Assembly (NCBI GenBank): GCA_963828525.1
Contig: CAWHEP010000008.1
Span: 448,001 to 512,000, forward strand
Length of the DNA stretch: 64,000 nucleotides
Direction of reading: 5' to 3'
Origin: an uncultured Verrucomicrobiae bacterium
Lineage (GTDB): Bacteria > Verrucomicrobiota > Verrucomicrobiia > Chthoniobacterales > Chthoniobacteraceae
Position numbers and translations under genes: made by a program. The notes below the pieces were generated by a model, which saw nothing but the letters and a program-made list of their open reading frames with translations, had not been told where the DNA came from and searched no databases. Positions 1-14,873 of this stretch are shown here, in pieces. Numbering within the stretch: position 1 is the stretch's first letter; each line of letters starts with the position of its first letter.

Positions 1-1792
1 TGAAATCTTTTTCCCATCGAGATCCACCACGAAGCCGTGCGTGATGCAGGTCTTGTAAGGAGCTTCTTCACCCAGCGCGACAGCAGTGGTGAGCGAAGAG
101 TTAAACCAGCCGCGATGTTGATCTGTCGCTTCTATATAAACATCGGCGGGGGCGCGCAGCGCGGGGTTCCCGCGCAACACAGCCTGATGGCTGAGACCTG
201 AGTCTATCCACACGTCCAAGGTGTCACCGCGCCGCTTGGTTCCCGCCGGGAGCCCCAGCGCTTCCGCCATCGTGGCGTCGTCCATCTCAAACCATACGTT
301 GGTGCCGCGAGTCTGAACCAGATCGGCAAACTTCCTGATCCAGGCCGCGTTGAGGATTGGCTTTCCTTCCGGCGTGTAGAAGACAGGCAGCGGCACACCC
401 CAGCTTCGCTGGCGGGAGATAACCCAATCCGGCCGCGATTCAATCGTGGAGTAGATCCGGTTCCGTCCCCACTGCGGAAACCATGCCACCTTGTCCACCG
501 CGGAGAGCGCGTCCGCCCGCAACGCGTCGATCCGGATGAAAAATTGATCGACCGCGCGAAAGACCACGGGTGTCTTGGAGCGCCAGCAATACGGGTAAGA
601 ATGTGTATAAGGATGCTCGCCTAACAGAGCGCCTTTTTCCCGCAAGCAGATTCACGATCAGCGGATTGGCATCGAGAACGTATTTACCCACGACCTCCGC
701 CACCCCGCATTCGTCCGTGAATCGTCCGTGGTCATCCACCGGCGAAAGAACAGCCAGCTTGTTCCGCATGCCCGCGGCATAATCGTCAGCTCCATGGCCC
801 GGCGCGATATGCACATTCCCGGTGCCGCTCTCCAGGGTGACAAAATCGGCGAGGATTATCCGTGATCGCCTATCGAGAAAAGGGTGCTGCGTTTCAACTC
901 CCTCAAATTCGGCGCCCGTGCCTGCCATTAGAGCCGGTTCGTCGGTCGCCAGCCATCCCGTCGCGCTTTCAAAAGCGGAAACCCGCGCTTCAGCCAAGAG
1001 GATGTAATCAGCCTGTCCACTTGCCGCATGCCGGAACTGCCGCGCCACATAGCGATGCCTGGGATGAACGGCGATTGCCAAATTCGCCGGCAACGTCCAT
1101 GGAGTGGTGGTCCAGATCGCCACGCTGGCTTTCCCGGCGAGAGGGCCGGACACAACCGGGAACCTCACAAAGATCGCCGGATCCGTTCGCTCCTGATACT
1201 CCACTTCCGCCTCAGCAAGCGCCGTCTGGGCGCCAGTGCTCCAGAAGACGGGTTTCTTGCTTTCATACACAAGATCACGGTCAACAAAGGTTGCAAACGC
1301 TCGCAGCATGTCCGCTTCGTACGCGGGATCAAGTGTGAGGTAAGGCCGATCCCAATCGGCGAGCACGCCCAGGCGTTTGAACTGCAGCCGTTGTATATCG
1401 ACGTATTTCCGCGCGTACTCCTCGGATTTGCGCCGCACCTCTATCGGCGGCAGTTTTCCGGCTTCCTTGACGACGCGATATTCAATTGGAAGGCCGTGAC
1501 AATCCCACCCAGGGACAAACGGCGCGCGAAATCCGCTCATCGCGCGGGATTTAACGATCATATCCTTCAGGATCTTATTCAGAGCGGTGCCCATATGCAC
1601 GTCACCGTTCGCGAACGGAGGGCCATCATGCATCACGAACAGCGGCGCGCCGCTTCGAGCCTGTTGTATTTGCTCGTACAGCTTTTCCGCTTCCCATCGC
1701 GCGAGCATCTCCGGCTCCCGCTTCACCAGATCCGCCTTCATCGGGAAGTCAGTCCGCGGCAGGTTGAGTGTATCTTTATAGTTGCTGCTCAT
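1..1792 (-). CDS. ileS: Isoleucyl-tRNA ligase (runs off window start; apparent frameshift near 645)
   Basis: [42 protein letters not shown] and [11 protein letters not shown] motifs; another frame continues with [23 protein letters not shown] and [13 protein letters not shown]. Confidence 0.97.
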
Positions 1793-1825
1793 CGTCTCGT
1801 GCCCGCTGTTCTCGCGCCGGGTTTA

Positions 1826-2905
1826 TTAAGTAGACGCGACAGCGTCGTCCAGCCAGACAAGCAGTTGCTCGATCGTTTCGTCCGTCTCGTCACCCATATT
1901 GGAAATCCGGAACGTTTTCCCCTTCAACTTCCCGTAACCTCCGTCCACCACGCAGTGATACTTCTTTTTCAAAACCTGAATCATTGCTGCTACATCGATG
2001 TCGCGGTTGTTCGCCACGCACGTCAGCGTTTTTGAACGATAGCCGGCAGGGGCGAAGAATTCGAAACCGTTGCGCTCCACCCAGCCATGCACCAGCGCGT
2101 TCAGGCGGGCGTGCCGGGCGTGGCGTTCGGTCACGCCTTCCGCAAAGATGTCATCAAGCTTCGACTGCAAGGCATAAACATGAGAGATCGTTGGCGTACT
2201 CGGCGTCATATCGCTCTCCTGGTTCTTCTTGAACTCCAGAAAATCGAAGTAGTAGCCGCGATCCTTGCTTTCCGCGGCGCGCGCGAACGCCTTTTCGGAA
2301 ACCGAGAACAGAGCAAGCCCTGGTGGCAAAGCCAAAGCTTTTTGACTGCCGGTGAGAAGAACATCGATACCGAGCGCATCCATCGCTATGGGCTGCGCGG
2401 AAAAGGAGGAGACGGTGTCCACAATAAAAAGCGTCTCGGGATGGCGAGCCATGACCGCGGCAATCCCTGGAAGCGGGTTTAAAACACCGGTGGATGTCTC
2501 ATTGTGGATGAGAGTAACCGCGTCAAAGCCACCACCCGCGAGTCTTTCTTCCAGCATTTCGGGCAGGATGGGGGTTCCCCACTCCACCTGCAGAGCTTCC
2601 GCCGTTTTGCCACACCGCTTGCTCACATCCAACCACTTGTCCGAAAACGCTCCGCACATACAGTTCAGCACGCGATGTGGCACAAGATTGCGAATGGATG
2701 CCTCCATCACTCCCCACGCGGAAGAGGTTGAAAGAAAGACAGGCTGTTTGGTCTCAAAGAGCTGCTGCAGGCGGGGATGGATCGCGGCATACAGCGCCTT
2801 GAAATCGTTGCTCCGATGTCCAATCATCGGGCTGCAGAATGCCGCGAACGTCTTCTGCGAGACTTCTACAGGACCGGGAATGAATAGCTTGGTATGGGGA
2901 GTCAT
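1826..2905 (-). CDS. Class V PLP-dependent aminotransferase (alanine-glyoxylate/serine-pyruvate family)
   Basis: LFIPGP, HNETSTG, VDTVSS, GSQKALALPPG (PLP lysine), FRISNMG. Confidence 0.9.
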   Translation of the reverse strand: MTPHTKLFIPGPVEVSQKTFAAFCSPMIGHRSNDFKALYAAIHPRLQQLFETKQPVFLSTSSAWGVMEASIRNLVPHRVLNCMCGAFSDKWLDVSKRCGKTAEALQVEWGTPILPEMLEERLAGGGFDAVTLIHNETSTGVLNPLPGIAAVMARHPETLFIVDTVSSFSAQPIAMDALGIDVLLTGSQKALALPPGLALFSVSEKAFARAAESKDRGYYFDFLEFKKNQESDMTPSTPTISHVYALQSKLDDIFAEGVTERHARHARLNALVHGWVERNGFEFFAPAGYRSKTLTCVANNRDIDVAAMIQVLKKKYHCVVDGGYGKLKGKTFRISNMGDETDETIEQLLVWLDDAVAST

Positions 2906-3009
2906 TTATTTAAGAGTTTGATTAGAGCCATGCCCGGCATGCAGCGGTGCTGGAACCCGCGGGGGATTGGCAATGTTCAGAAAGCGCGCCTCTCGGGCAA
3001 GTTATTAGT

Positions 3010-5463
3010 TCACTCTTCCCAGATGAAATGTTCCAGCCGCAACTGCTTCGCTCTCGCGCGGGCTTCTTCCGCGCGGGGGCCTTCCAGGGCCGCCATCTTC
3101 TGATAGAGCCCTATGGCGGACTTCCACCGTTTTCCTTCTTCCATCAGCCTGCCTGCTTCAAAACCAGATTTGTAATACCAGAAGTAGTCTGGCTCCTCAC
3201 CTGAGGCGTTCGGAAGCTGCAGCACGTCGTAAAACACCGCGGCGGCCTCGTCTGGGTTTTTCTGACCTTCCAGACACTTCCCCTTCATATAAAGCGCCCG
3301 GTTGCGCCAGTATGTGGTGACGTCAATCTGGGACGAGAGAGTGTCGAACACCGCGATCGCCTTTGAAAAATTGGTTGAGTCCACCGCGCCCATCGCGAAC
3401 AGATCGTCCCCCTTGCCACACAAGCTGGTAAAGCGCAGTTCAGGCTCCGGTTGCGACTCCAGAATACTGTCGTAGAGAGTGATGGCGTCACTTTCCTTTC
3501 CAAGTCCACTGCACGCGCTGGCCTGCTGCTGCCGGGCGTACAGCTTAAGATGACCATTCATTCTGGCCACCTCGTCGAACAGGAGGATCGCCTGGTCAGG
3601 GTTCATGCTCTTCAAAGCGGATTGACCGGCCAAATATAAAGCTCCTTCCGCAAATCTCGAATCCGGCTCCTGGCGCGCCACCAACTCGAATTGATTTCGC
3701 GCATTGGAAAAATCCTCTTTGCGGAAGTAAATCTGGCCCAGCTTCATTCGGGCGTCTGCCACGAGCGGAGAGGACGCCCGCCTCTGGATGAACGATTCAC
3801 ATGCCGCAATGACCTTTGCTTCGTCCCGCTTCTCCGCGGAATCCGCCGCGCAGATCGCGAGGTATTCCGCCTGCTCAAGAGCCCCCTCGTCTGCCGGGGA
3901 ACTGAACGCCGCGCGTATATAGCCGCTCGCGGTTTCGATGCGGTTCGCCAGAAGTGCCATCTCACCCAGAGCGACCCGCGCCTCGCCCACCCTCGGATGA
4001 TCGGGAAAGTCTCTTATGAAGACCGAAAGCGTTTTCTCCGCGCGCGGATCGCCCGAGCGCGCCTGAAGCAAGCCTTCCTCCAGAACGAGCTCACGCCTCA
4101 ATTCGCTTTCCGGGTAGCGGCTGCTGAACCCCTTGTATTCCTCAAGAAACTGGTCGTAAGCGCCAAGATTGCCCCAGGAGAGAGCCGAGTTAAAAGTCGC
4201 TCTCTCCCGCAAGCGGTCACAATGCAGTCCCGCCGCCCGGAACAGGAACGCCGCTTCCTTAAACTCGCGGCGCTGAAACCTGGCAGTCGCGGCGGCAAAT
4301 TCACTCTCACCCATTATCGCGCCATCCCCCGCGAGCTTGATGGCCGCCTCGAACATCTGGAGCGCTTCCGCCGTTCGTCTGGACGCCAGCAGGGCCTGCC
4401 CTCGTATCAACATCGCGCGCGCGATGAGGGGATCATTCGGACACGAGCGGATGAATTCTTCGACAGGTTTCAGCACAGCGTCGTAATCCTTGTTCTGGAG
4501 CAGCAGTTTCGCAAGGTAGAGACGCGCGAGCGACGCGCGGCGCGACGGCTCTTTTCCCGCCCAGCCTTTATAGTCCGCGGCAGATGGAGAGTCGCTTGTC
4601 TCTTGAAGGAGGCTGAGCTTGCGGAAAGCCAGCGCGAGATGCGGACTGTCCGGGTGCTCCTGTATGAAGGCCGTCAGTATGTCCTGGGCCCCATCAATAT
4701 CCCCGCGGGCGCACCGCGCGTCCGCTATCCCGAGGATGGTATTGACCAGAAGGTTTTCCGGCATGTTGTCCGATCCAGAAAGCAACGCCTGCATCTCTGC
4801 GGCGGCCTTGCCCGGGCGCGCTTTCACCTGGACTCTGCCGCGCAAGTATTCCGCCCAATTCATGTCGACCGGCGAAGTCGCGGATACGTTCTCCAAAGTT
4901 GCCAGAGCTTTGTCCCCCTGGCCCGCCTCAACCTCGATCTCCGCCGCTGTCAGGGAAGCCCTGCCTCGGAGAGATGGCTCGTTTGCAAGAGAGTCCAGCA
5001 AGGAAATTGCTTCGGAGCCCCGGCCAATCATACGCAATGCCTCAGCTTCCCCAAACCGGGCCGCGAGGCGCAAGTCCAGCCCGTCTCTATCCAGTCCGGC
5101 AAACAGGGGCAGCGCTTCCTTCCATCGATTTGACGCGGCAAGGGCCCGGGCGCGCAAAAGATCGAACCTCGGTTCGTTATTTGGTTCCTCCGCCAGCGTT
5201 GCGAGCGCGTCGGCGGGTCGTGATGCTGCCAATTCGGACTCACAGAGCTTTGCGCGGGAATCGGATCGCTCCTGCAGGGACAAGCCGGCTGTTAACAGGT
5301 GATCGCGGAGCTTCTGGATTGCCACATCCGGCACGCCTTCATCCAAGGCGCGGAGCGCGGCGGAGGGCAGCGCCGCGCTGCAGGTGGCCGCGCCCCAGAT
5401 ACAAAGCATGGTGGCGCGGGCGAGCCAGCGCGGGAACACTGTGAGCAGCTTCCTCCAGTTCAT
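3010..5463 (-). CDS. Large exported tetratricopeptide-repeat protein (BamD/YbgF-like repeats)
   Basis: N-terminal signal-like segment; repeated helical units such as FIQEHPDSPHLALA, FIRDFPDHPRVGEA, EPDSRFAEGALY. Confidence 0.8.
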   Translation of the reverse strand: MNWRKLLTVFPRWLARATMLCIWGAATCSAALPSAALRALDEGVPDVAIQKLRDHLLTAGLSLQERSDSRAKLCESELAASRPADALATLAEEPNNEPRFDLLRARALAASNRWKEALPLFAGLDRDGLDLRLAARFGEAEALRMIGRGSEAISLLDSLANEPSLRGRASLTAAEIEVEAGQGDKALATLENVSATSPVDMNWAEYLRGRVQVKARPGKAAAEMQALLSGSDNMPENLLVNTILGIADARCARGDIDGAQDILTAFIQEHPDSPHLALAFRKLSLLQETSDSPSAADYKGWAGKEPSRRASLARLYLAKLLLQNKDYDAVLKPVEEFIRSCPNDPLIARAMLIRGQALLASRRTAEALQMFEAAIKLAGDGAIMGESEFAAATARFQRREFKEAAFLFRAAGLHCDRLRERATFNSALSWGNLGAYDQFLEEYKGFSSRYPESELRRELVLEEGLLQARSGDPRAEKTLSVFIRDFPDHPRVGEARVALGEMALLANRIETASGYIRAAFSSPADEGALEQAEYLAICAADSAEKRDEAKVIAACESFIQRRASSPLVADARMKLGQIYFRKEDFSNARNQFELVARQEPDSRFAEGALYLAGQSALKSMNPDQAILLFDEVARMNGHLKLYARQQQASACSGLGKESDAITLYDSILESQPEPELRFTSLCGKGDDLFAMGAVDSTNFSKAIAVFDTLSSQIDVTTYWRNRALYMKGKCLEGQKNPDEAAAVFYDVLQLPNASGEEPDYFWYYKSGFEAGRLMEEGKRWKSAIGLYQKMAALEGPRAEEARARAKQLRLEHFIWEE

Positions 5464-5476
5464 TACTGGTTTCCCT

Positions 5477-8380
<2,904 letters not shown>

Positions 8381-8415
8381 AAATGTCGAACACCCAATAA
8401 ACCACGAACTACCGC

Positions 8416-10992
8416 TCAGTTCAAAGGGCCCGGCGCAAGCTGCGAGGCGGGAAGCGCTTCCTCCTCGATCTCTTTCCACCACATGTGGAACAGCCGCTCC
8501 ATTGCCTCCCGAGGATCCTCAACCACGAGAGCCTCCTTGATCTTCGTCGCGTACATGTCGAAGGAGAGAGGCGGCACACGATTGACTGGGCGCAGCCGGA
8601 TGGGCGTTCCCACCAGGCGGCTGAGATATGCTTTCGCGCCCTCAACATCAAGAAACGTCTGCATGGAATCACGCCTCGCCTCGCGCAGCAGCACATGCTC
8701 AGGCTCGTGCTCACGCAGCACATTGAAGATGACTTCGCTCGACCACTGCAACTTCCTCACCGGCTTGCTGCTCCCGAAGAAATTGCGATAAACCATCAAG
8801 CCAGTCTGGGCAGCATTCCTGAAGTGGAATTTGAGCATTTCCGACCGCGCCAGCGCCTTATGGAACTCGACTTCGAAATCGTCCGGCGCAAACAGGATCG
8901 GAATTTCCTCGGCGGTAAAAAACTGCTTCGCCGGAACAGTGAGAACGAACCCGTAATCATGCGGAGTGGCTACGGCGTTGCCGCCGCGCAACCGGCTCAG
9001 GCGCGCTGTCACTACCCGCGCAAGAGCATCGTTCGCCGCGCGTCCGATCACGGAATGTATAAAGTAATGCCGGGCGTGGGAGTCGCCGTCCGCGAATTCC
9101 TCGATGAGGAGGAAGTCAGAGGTCGGTATTTCCGACAACTGCGCTTGCGCCGCGTACATCCGGCGTATGATCGAGGCATTTGCCTCTCCGCAATCCAGCC
9201 TCGTTGCAATCCACGACGCGGTGTCTTTTTCGGATTGCGCCTCCAGCACGACCCGCAGCTCACCTCTGAAGCGAGTGATTTCTTCAGCCAGATTACTGGA
9301 CAAAGGCATCTTATTCGCGTTCCAGCGCGGCACCGTCGGGAGCCGACCCTCTGCCCGGCTTACAAAGACCTCCATGACACCATGCCGGTCCAGTTGCACC
9401 GGGCGACCTCCGATCATGAATACATCGCCCGGCTTCAAATGCCGGATAAAGCTCTCCTCCACCGATCCCAAACTCCTGGTTTTCAACCTGACATGGACCA
9501 CTCCCACGTTTGGGATAACCCCTATATTCTGCAAGAAATCCCGTTGCACCCTTCCCCGCCTTGTCTGGAAACCCTCGTCGTCCAGCTCGATCTTCCCGAA
9601 GGTGTCCGCGTATTGCGCGCGGAGGGCTTTGCCCCCGCCTGCAAGGTAATCCAGCACATCGTCAAAATCTTTTTGGGACAGGTCCCGATATGGGTACGCG
9701 CCCCGCGCAAGCTCCAGCGCCTCGTCCCGGCCCCATCGCCTGTCGCACCCCATGCTCACCAAATGTTGGGCCAGAACATCCAGCGGGGATTGTGGCAGCC
9801 GCACCCGATCGAGCAGCCGTCTCCGGGCCAGGAGCACCGTGGCGCAAGCTTCCACAAGGTCGCTCATGTTCGTCGCCATAAGAACGCCGCGGCTTACCGT
9901 GTGTATGTTGTGTCCAGCCCGTCCGGTCCGCTGCAGGGCCCGGCTCACCCCTTTGGGCGTAGAGAGCATCACCACTAAATCGACGGAGCCTATATCGATA
10001 CCCAGCTCAAGACTCGTAGAGCAGACGACGGCCCGCAGCTCGCCCCTTTTCAATCGGTCTTCCACCTCTAGGCGCAGGTCACGATCCAATGACGCGTGGT
10101 GGCATTCCACCTGGTCCGCCAGTTTGGGCAGCGCCTGTCTCAGCCAATACGTTGCCGACTCCGCGCCGGAGCGCGTATTGGTAAACACAAGCGTCGTCCT
10201 CTTCGCCTTCACAAGATTGCCAAGCTCCCTGATCAAGCGATGGCCGGTGTACCCAGCCGCCGGGTAAGGATCCTTGCGCAGAGGAGTGTGGACGCTCAGC
10301 TCGATCTGCTTGGAGGAAGAGGCATCCACCACCTCGCAACGCCCATGCGTCCCCGCAAGGAACTGCGCCACCTCCTGGATCGGCGAGACTGTGGCGGAAA
10401 GCCCTATGCGCTGCAACCGGCTCCCGCCCCCTTCTCTGCCTGACAGTCCCTCCAATCGCTGGAGACTCAGGCTCAGGTGAGCGCCTCGCTTGCTTTCGGC
10501 AAACGCGTGTATCTCGTCCACGATCAGCCATCGCGTACCCGCCAGCAGCGGCAACCATCGTGGCTGGCTCAGAAGCACGCACAGGCTTTCCGGCGTGGTG
10601 AGAAGGATATGAGGCGGCCTGCTGAACTGCCTCTGTCGTCTTGAGGATGGGGTATCGCCAGAGCGGAGTTCGACGCGGATAGGCCCCTTTTCGCCAAGGA
10701 TCTCGCGCAAAGGCTCATTGAGATTCTTCTCCAGATCATACGCCAGCGCCCGCAATGGAGAAACATAGACGCACTGGATTCCCTCCCGCAGATTACCCTT
10801 GGAACTCAGCCGCTCCAGTTCATCCAGCACCGAGAGAAACGCCGCGAATGTCTTGCCCGTTCCCGTCGGCGACGCGATCAGAACATTGTCTCCCGCGGCG
10901 ATGATGGGCCATGCGGCCTCCTGCGCCGGCGTTGGCTTTTTATATCTTTTTTTGAACCAGTCGAATACCGGCGCGCCTGCCTTAAACTGCAT
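8416..10992 (-). CDS. lhr: Lhr-core type ATP-dependent DEAD/DEAH helicase
   Basis: PTPAQ, SPTGTGKT, SPLRALAYD, LTTPESL, VDEIH, GLSATV, TSLELGIDIG, QRTGRAGH, LDVLAQH. Confidence 0.9.
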   Translation of the reverse strand: MQFKAGAPVFDWFKKRYKKPTPAQEAAWPIIAAGDNVLIASPTGTGKTFAAFLSVLDELERLSSKGNLREGIQCVYVSPLRALAYDLEKNLNEPLREILGEKGPIRVELRSGDTPSSRRQRQFSRPPHILLTTPESLCVLLSQPRWLPLLAGTRWLIVDEIHAFAESKRGAHLSLSLQRLEGLSGREGGGSRLQRIGLSATVSPIQEVAQFLAGTHGRCEVVDASSSKQIELSVHTPLRKDPYPAAGYTGHRLIRELGNLVKAKRTTLVFTNTRSGAESATYWLRQALPKLADQVECHHASLDRDLRLEVEDRLKRGELRAVVCSTSLELGIDIGSVDLVVMLSTPKGVSRALQRTGRAGHNIHTVSRGVLMATNMSDLVEACATVLLARRRLLDRVRLPQSPLDVLAQHLVSMGCDRRWGRDEALELARGAYPYRDLSQKDFDDVLDYLAGGGKALRAQYADTFGKIELDDEGFQTRRGRVQRDFLQNIGVIPNVGVVHVRLKTRSLGSVEESFIRHLKPGDVFMIGGRPVQLDRHGVMEVFVSRAEGRLPTVPRWNANKMPLSSNLAEEITRFRGELRVVLEAQSEKDTASWIATRLDCGEANASIIRRMYAAQAQLSEIPTSDFLLIEEFADGDSHARHYFIHSVIGRAANDALARVVTARLSRLRGGNAVATPHDYGFVLTVPAKQFFTAEEIPILFAPDDFEVEFHKALARSEMLKFHFRNAAQTGLMVYRNFFGSSKPVRKLQWSSEVIFNVLREHEPEHVLLREARRDSMQTFLDVEGAKAYLSRLVGTPIRLRPVNRVPPLSFDMYATKIKEALVVEDPREAMERLFHMWWKEIEEEALPASQLAPGPLN

Positions 10993-11081
10993 ATTCACGG
11001 CCAACCTACACCCTGCGGCATCCAATTCCCTGAAAACAGTCTTTGCCATCGAAGCCGCCGCCATTTATAAAGCGGCGAGCT

Positions 11082-14000
11082 ATGAAAAAGGAGAACGCGC
11101 CTCAGGGAAAACAAGCGGCCAATCTTCGAGCATCGCTCGTTGGAAAAAAATTGCTCGTCGCGAATCGCAGTGAAATCGCTATTCGCGTGTTCCGCGCGGC
11201 CACGGAACTCGATCTGCGCACGGTCGCCATCTACGCGGCGGAAGACCGGCTTTCCATCCATCGCTTCAAAGCGGATGAGGCCTACCAGGTTGGGGAAGGC
11301 AAAGGCCCTGTCGGCGCTTATCTTGACATCGAGGGCATCGTAGCCCTCGCGAAGGAGAAAGGGGTGGACATGATCCACCCCGGCTACGGCTTCCTTTCGG
11401 AGAATGCGCGGTTTGCTTCTGCTTGCCGCGAAGCCGGGATCACTTTCATCGGGCCCTCTCCCGAATTCTGGATCTCATGGGCGACAAGGTGGCCGCCCGC
11501 GCCCTAGCCCTGAAACTCAATGTGCCCACATTGCCCGGAACGGAAAACCCGATTACCGCGCGAGACGAAGCGTTGAATATCGCCGAGAAAATAGGGTTTC
11601 CTCTCATCATCAAAGCCGCTTTTGGAGGCGGTGGACGCGGCATGCGAGTCGTTCAGAAGGGCGCCGATCTCGTGGCTCTTCTAGATGAAGCGCGCAACGA
11701 AGCTGAAAGAGCTTTTGGAAATCCCGCGGTGTTTCTCGAGAAATTCATCCGCCGGGCAAAACACATAGAGGTTCAAATCCTGGGCGACCAGCATGGGAAT
11801 GTGCTGCACCTTCATGAGCGCGATTGCTCCGTGCAACGCAGGCACCAGAAGGTCGTGGAGATAGCTCCTTCTGTTAACCTCGACGATACCCTCCGCCACG
11901 CGCTCTGCGATGCCGCCGCCAGGATGGCGCGGGAAATTGGCTACAACAATGCCGGAACCGTCGAGTTCCTGTTCGATATGGACAGCCAGGAGTGGTTCTT
12001 CATCGAGATGAACCCCCGCGTGCAGGTCGAGCATACTGTCACCGAAGTGATCACGGGCATCGACATCGTGAAATCGCAGATCCTCATCGCGAACGGCGCG
12101 ACGCTCGAGGAGATCGGCCTTCCAACTCAGGACAAAGTTCCCCGCCTCGGTGTCGCGATCCAATGCCGGGTCACGACCGAAGACCCGGAGAACAAATTCA
12201 TGCCGAACTACGGGAAGATCATCACTTTCCGCACGGCCTCCGGCTTCGGCATTCGGCTGGATGCTGGCATGGGATATACCGGCAGCGTCGTTACTCCTTT
12301 TTACGATTCCCTGTTGGTAAAGATCACGGCTTGGGGACAGACCTTCGAGGAGGCCATGCAGCGCATGCACAGGGCTCTGCAGGAATTTCGCGTGCGGGGC
12401 GTGAAGACCAACATACCCTTTCTCGACAATGTCATCACAAACGACATTTTCCGCGCTGGGCTCGCGACAACCACCCTCATCGATACCACTCCTGGCTTGT
12501 TCGTTCTCAAGCCGCGCCGGGATCGCGCGACCAAGCTGCTGGCCTTTCTGGGCGACGTGATCGTGAATGGCAATCCGCAGACGAAAGGGCATCCTACTCC
12601 CCCGCATCTCGAGGCTGTGCCGCCACCCGCTTACAATCGCACACAGTCGCCACCGCCCGGCACTCGCCAGTTACTCCTCGAGCTTGGCCCAAAAAAGTTC
12701 GCCGAGTGGACGCTAAAGCAGGAACGGCTCCTGGTAACGGACACCACCTTCCGCGACGCTCACCAGTCTCTTCTGGCCACCCGCCTTCGGACTTACGATA
12801 TGCTCGCCGCCGCCGACGCAGTGGCCCGTCGCACCCCCGGCCTGTTCAGTCTCGAAATGTGGGGAGGCGCTACGTTCGATACCTCCATGCGCTTCCTCCA
12901 TGAAGATCCTTGGGGCCGCTTGCGCGCGTTGCGGCAGAAGGTGCCCAATATCTGTTTCCAGATGCTTCTTCGCGGCTCCAACGCTGTTGGCTATTCCACT
13001 TATCCGCCAAATGTCGTGGCGGGGTTTGTGAAACATGCCGCGTCCCAGGGCATCGACATCTTCCGCGTTTTCGACTCCCTCAATTCCCTTCCGAATCTAA
13101 AGGCTGCCATGGAGGCGATCCAGGCTACTCACGGCATCTGTGAAGCCGCGATCTGTTACACCGGAGACATCCTCGACCCCGCTCGCACAAAATACTCGCT
13201 GAAATATTACGTCGCCATGGCGAAGGAGCTTGCCCGCATGGGAGCGCATTTCCTTGCGATCAAGGACATGGCGGGGCTCTGTCGTCCATACGCGGCTTCC
13301 GCTCTGGTCCGCGCGCTCAAGCAGGAAGTGGGGCTGCCGATCCATTTCCATACCCATGATACCAGCGGTATAAACGCGGCTTCAGTATTGCAGGCCAGCG
13401 AAGGCGGCGTCGATGTTGTTGACCTCGCGATCGCTTCCATGTCCGGCTCGACGAGTCAGCCGAACCTCAACTCCATTGTCGCCGCGCTTCAACACACCCC
13501 TCGGGATACCGGCCTTGACCTCAGCGCGCTTAACGAGTTCGCCGATTACTGGGAGCAGGTACGCGCTTTCTATGAGCCCTTTGACACCGCGCCGAACAGC
13601 GGCACCGCTGAAGTGTACGAACACGAGATGCCGGGTGGCCAATACACCAACCTCAAGGAACAGGCTGCCGCCATGGGACTCGGAGCCCGCTGGCGCGAGA
13701 TCGCCCGCTGCTACGCCGACGTTAACCTGATGCTCGGCGACATCGTTAAAGTCACGCCGAGCAGCAAAGTCGTCGGCGATCTTACGATGTTCCTCATCAC
13801 GCGAGGCATCAAGCCCGCTGATGTTGTAAACCTCACTCCCGAGACTTCCTTCCCTGAGTCCGCCGTGGATATGCTCTCCGGCGGTCTTGGCGAGCCGATG
13901 GGTGGATGGCCCAAGAATGTTGTGAATGCCATCGTCGGCAAGCAGAAGGCGAAGGCGCAAAAACTCCCGAAGATCGACCTCACAGCCACGAAAGCGGAAC

Positions 14001-14557
14001 TGGCGTTGAAACTAAAACGCGAAACCAACGAGGACGATCTTTACAGCCACCTGATGTATCCGCAGGTGTTTGCCGAGTTTGCCAAATTTGCGCGCGACTA
14101 CAGCGATGTATCCGTGCTGCCCACCCCTGCTTTCTTTTATGGCCTGAAACCGGGCGAGGAAATTTCCGTGGATATCGAGGAGGGCAAAACCCTTTTCATC
14201 AAGTTGATCAACACTGGCGCGCCGGATAAGGACGGGCGCCGCGTGATCTCCTACGAGCTGAACGGCATGCCTCGCGAATCAAGTGTTCAGGATAAGTCCG
14301 TCGCCCCAAAAGTGAAAGCGCGCCCAAAGGCGAACGCGTCGAACCCGAAGGAGGTAGGCGCTCCCATCCCGGGGATGGTCACAGCGCTCCCTTTGGGAAT
14401 CGGCAGCAAAGTCACGAAAGGCGACAAGATCGTGACCCTCGAAGCCATGAAGATGCAAACGACTCTTTACGCTCCGGCGGACGGCGTGCTGGACGAACTC
14501 CTGGTGCAAGTAGGAGACTCTGTCGAAAGCGACGATCTCCTGGCGCGCCTTCGTTAG
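11082..14557 (+). CDS. pyc: Pyruvate carboxylase (apparent frameshift near 11465)
   Basis: [54 protein letters not shown], biotinyl EAMKM. Confidence 0.97.
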
Positions 14558-14593
14558 TTCGCGCGCCACGCGCGAATGACTGTCCGCGCAGGG

Positions 14594-14833
14594 CTAATAG
14601 TGTCCCTTGTTGTAGTCCAGTATCGCTGCAGTGTCGATTATCCTATCGCCGAAGATGCGTTTGGCGCGAGCGGCGAAATCCGGCGTTTTCTGGCTCACGA
14701 TGCGCGCGGCGCCAGGAATGATCCGACCAATAATAATTCCACGTTTCGTTAGCTGAACTTCCTCTCCGCCCGAAAACCATGCCTCGACGCGGGGAAAATT
14801 ATAGCGCAAATCGCTGATGGTCGCTGACTTCAT
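14594..14833 (-). CDS. Phd/YefM-like type II antitoxin, no adjacent toxin
   Basis: 79 aa; MKSATISDLRYNFPRVEAWFSGGEEVQLTKRG matches the prevent-host-death N-terminal pattern. Confidence 0.7.
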   Translation of the reverse strand: MKSATISDLRYNFPRVEAWFSGGEEVQLTKRGIIIGRIIPGAARIVSQKTPDFAARAKRIFGDRIIDTAAILDYNKGHY

Positions 14834-14840
14834 GCGATGC

Positions 14841-14866
14841 AATCTAAAGCGTCACAACAATGTTGT
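14841..14866 (-). promoter_or_regulatory. Candidate antitoxin promoter/operator
   Basis: Minus-strand TAGATT (-10-like, 14841-14846) 7 nt before the ATG; inverted repeat ACAACA-A-TGTTGT at 14854-14866. Confidence 0.4.
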
Positions 14867-14873
14867 CCTGTGC

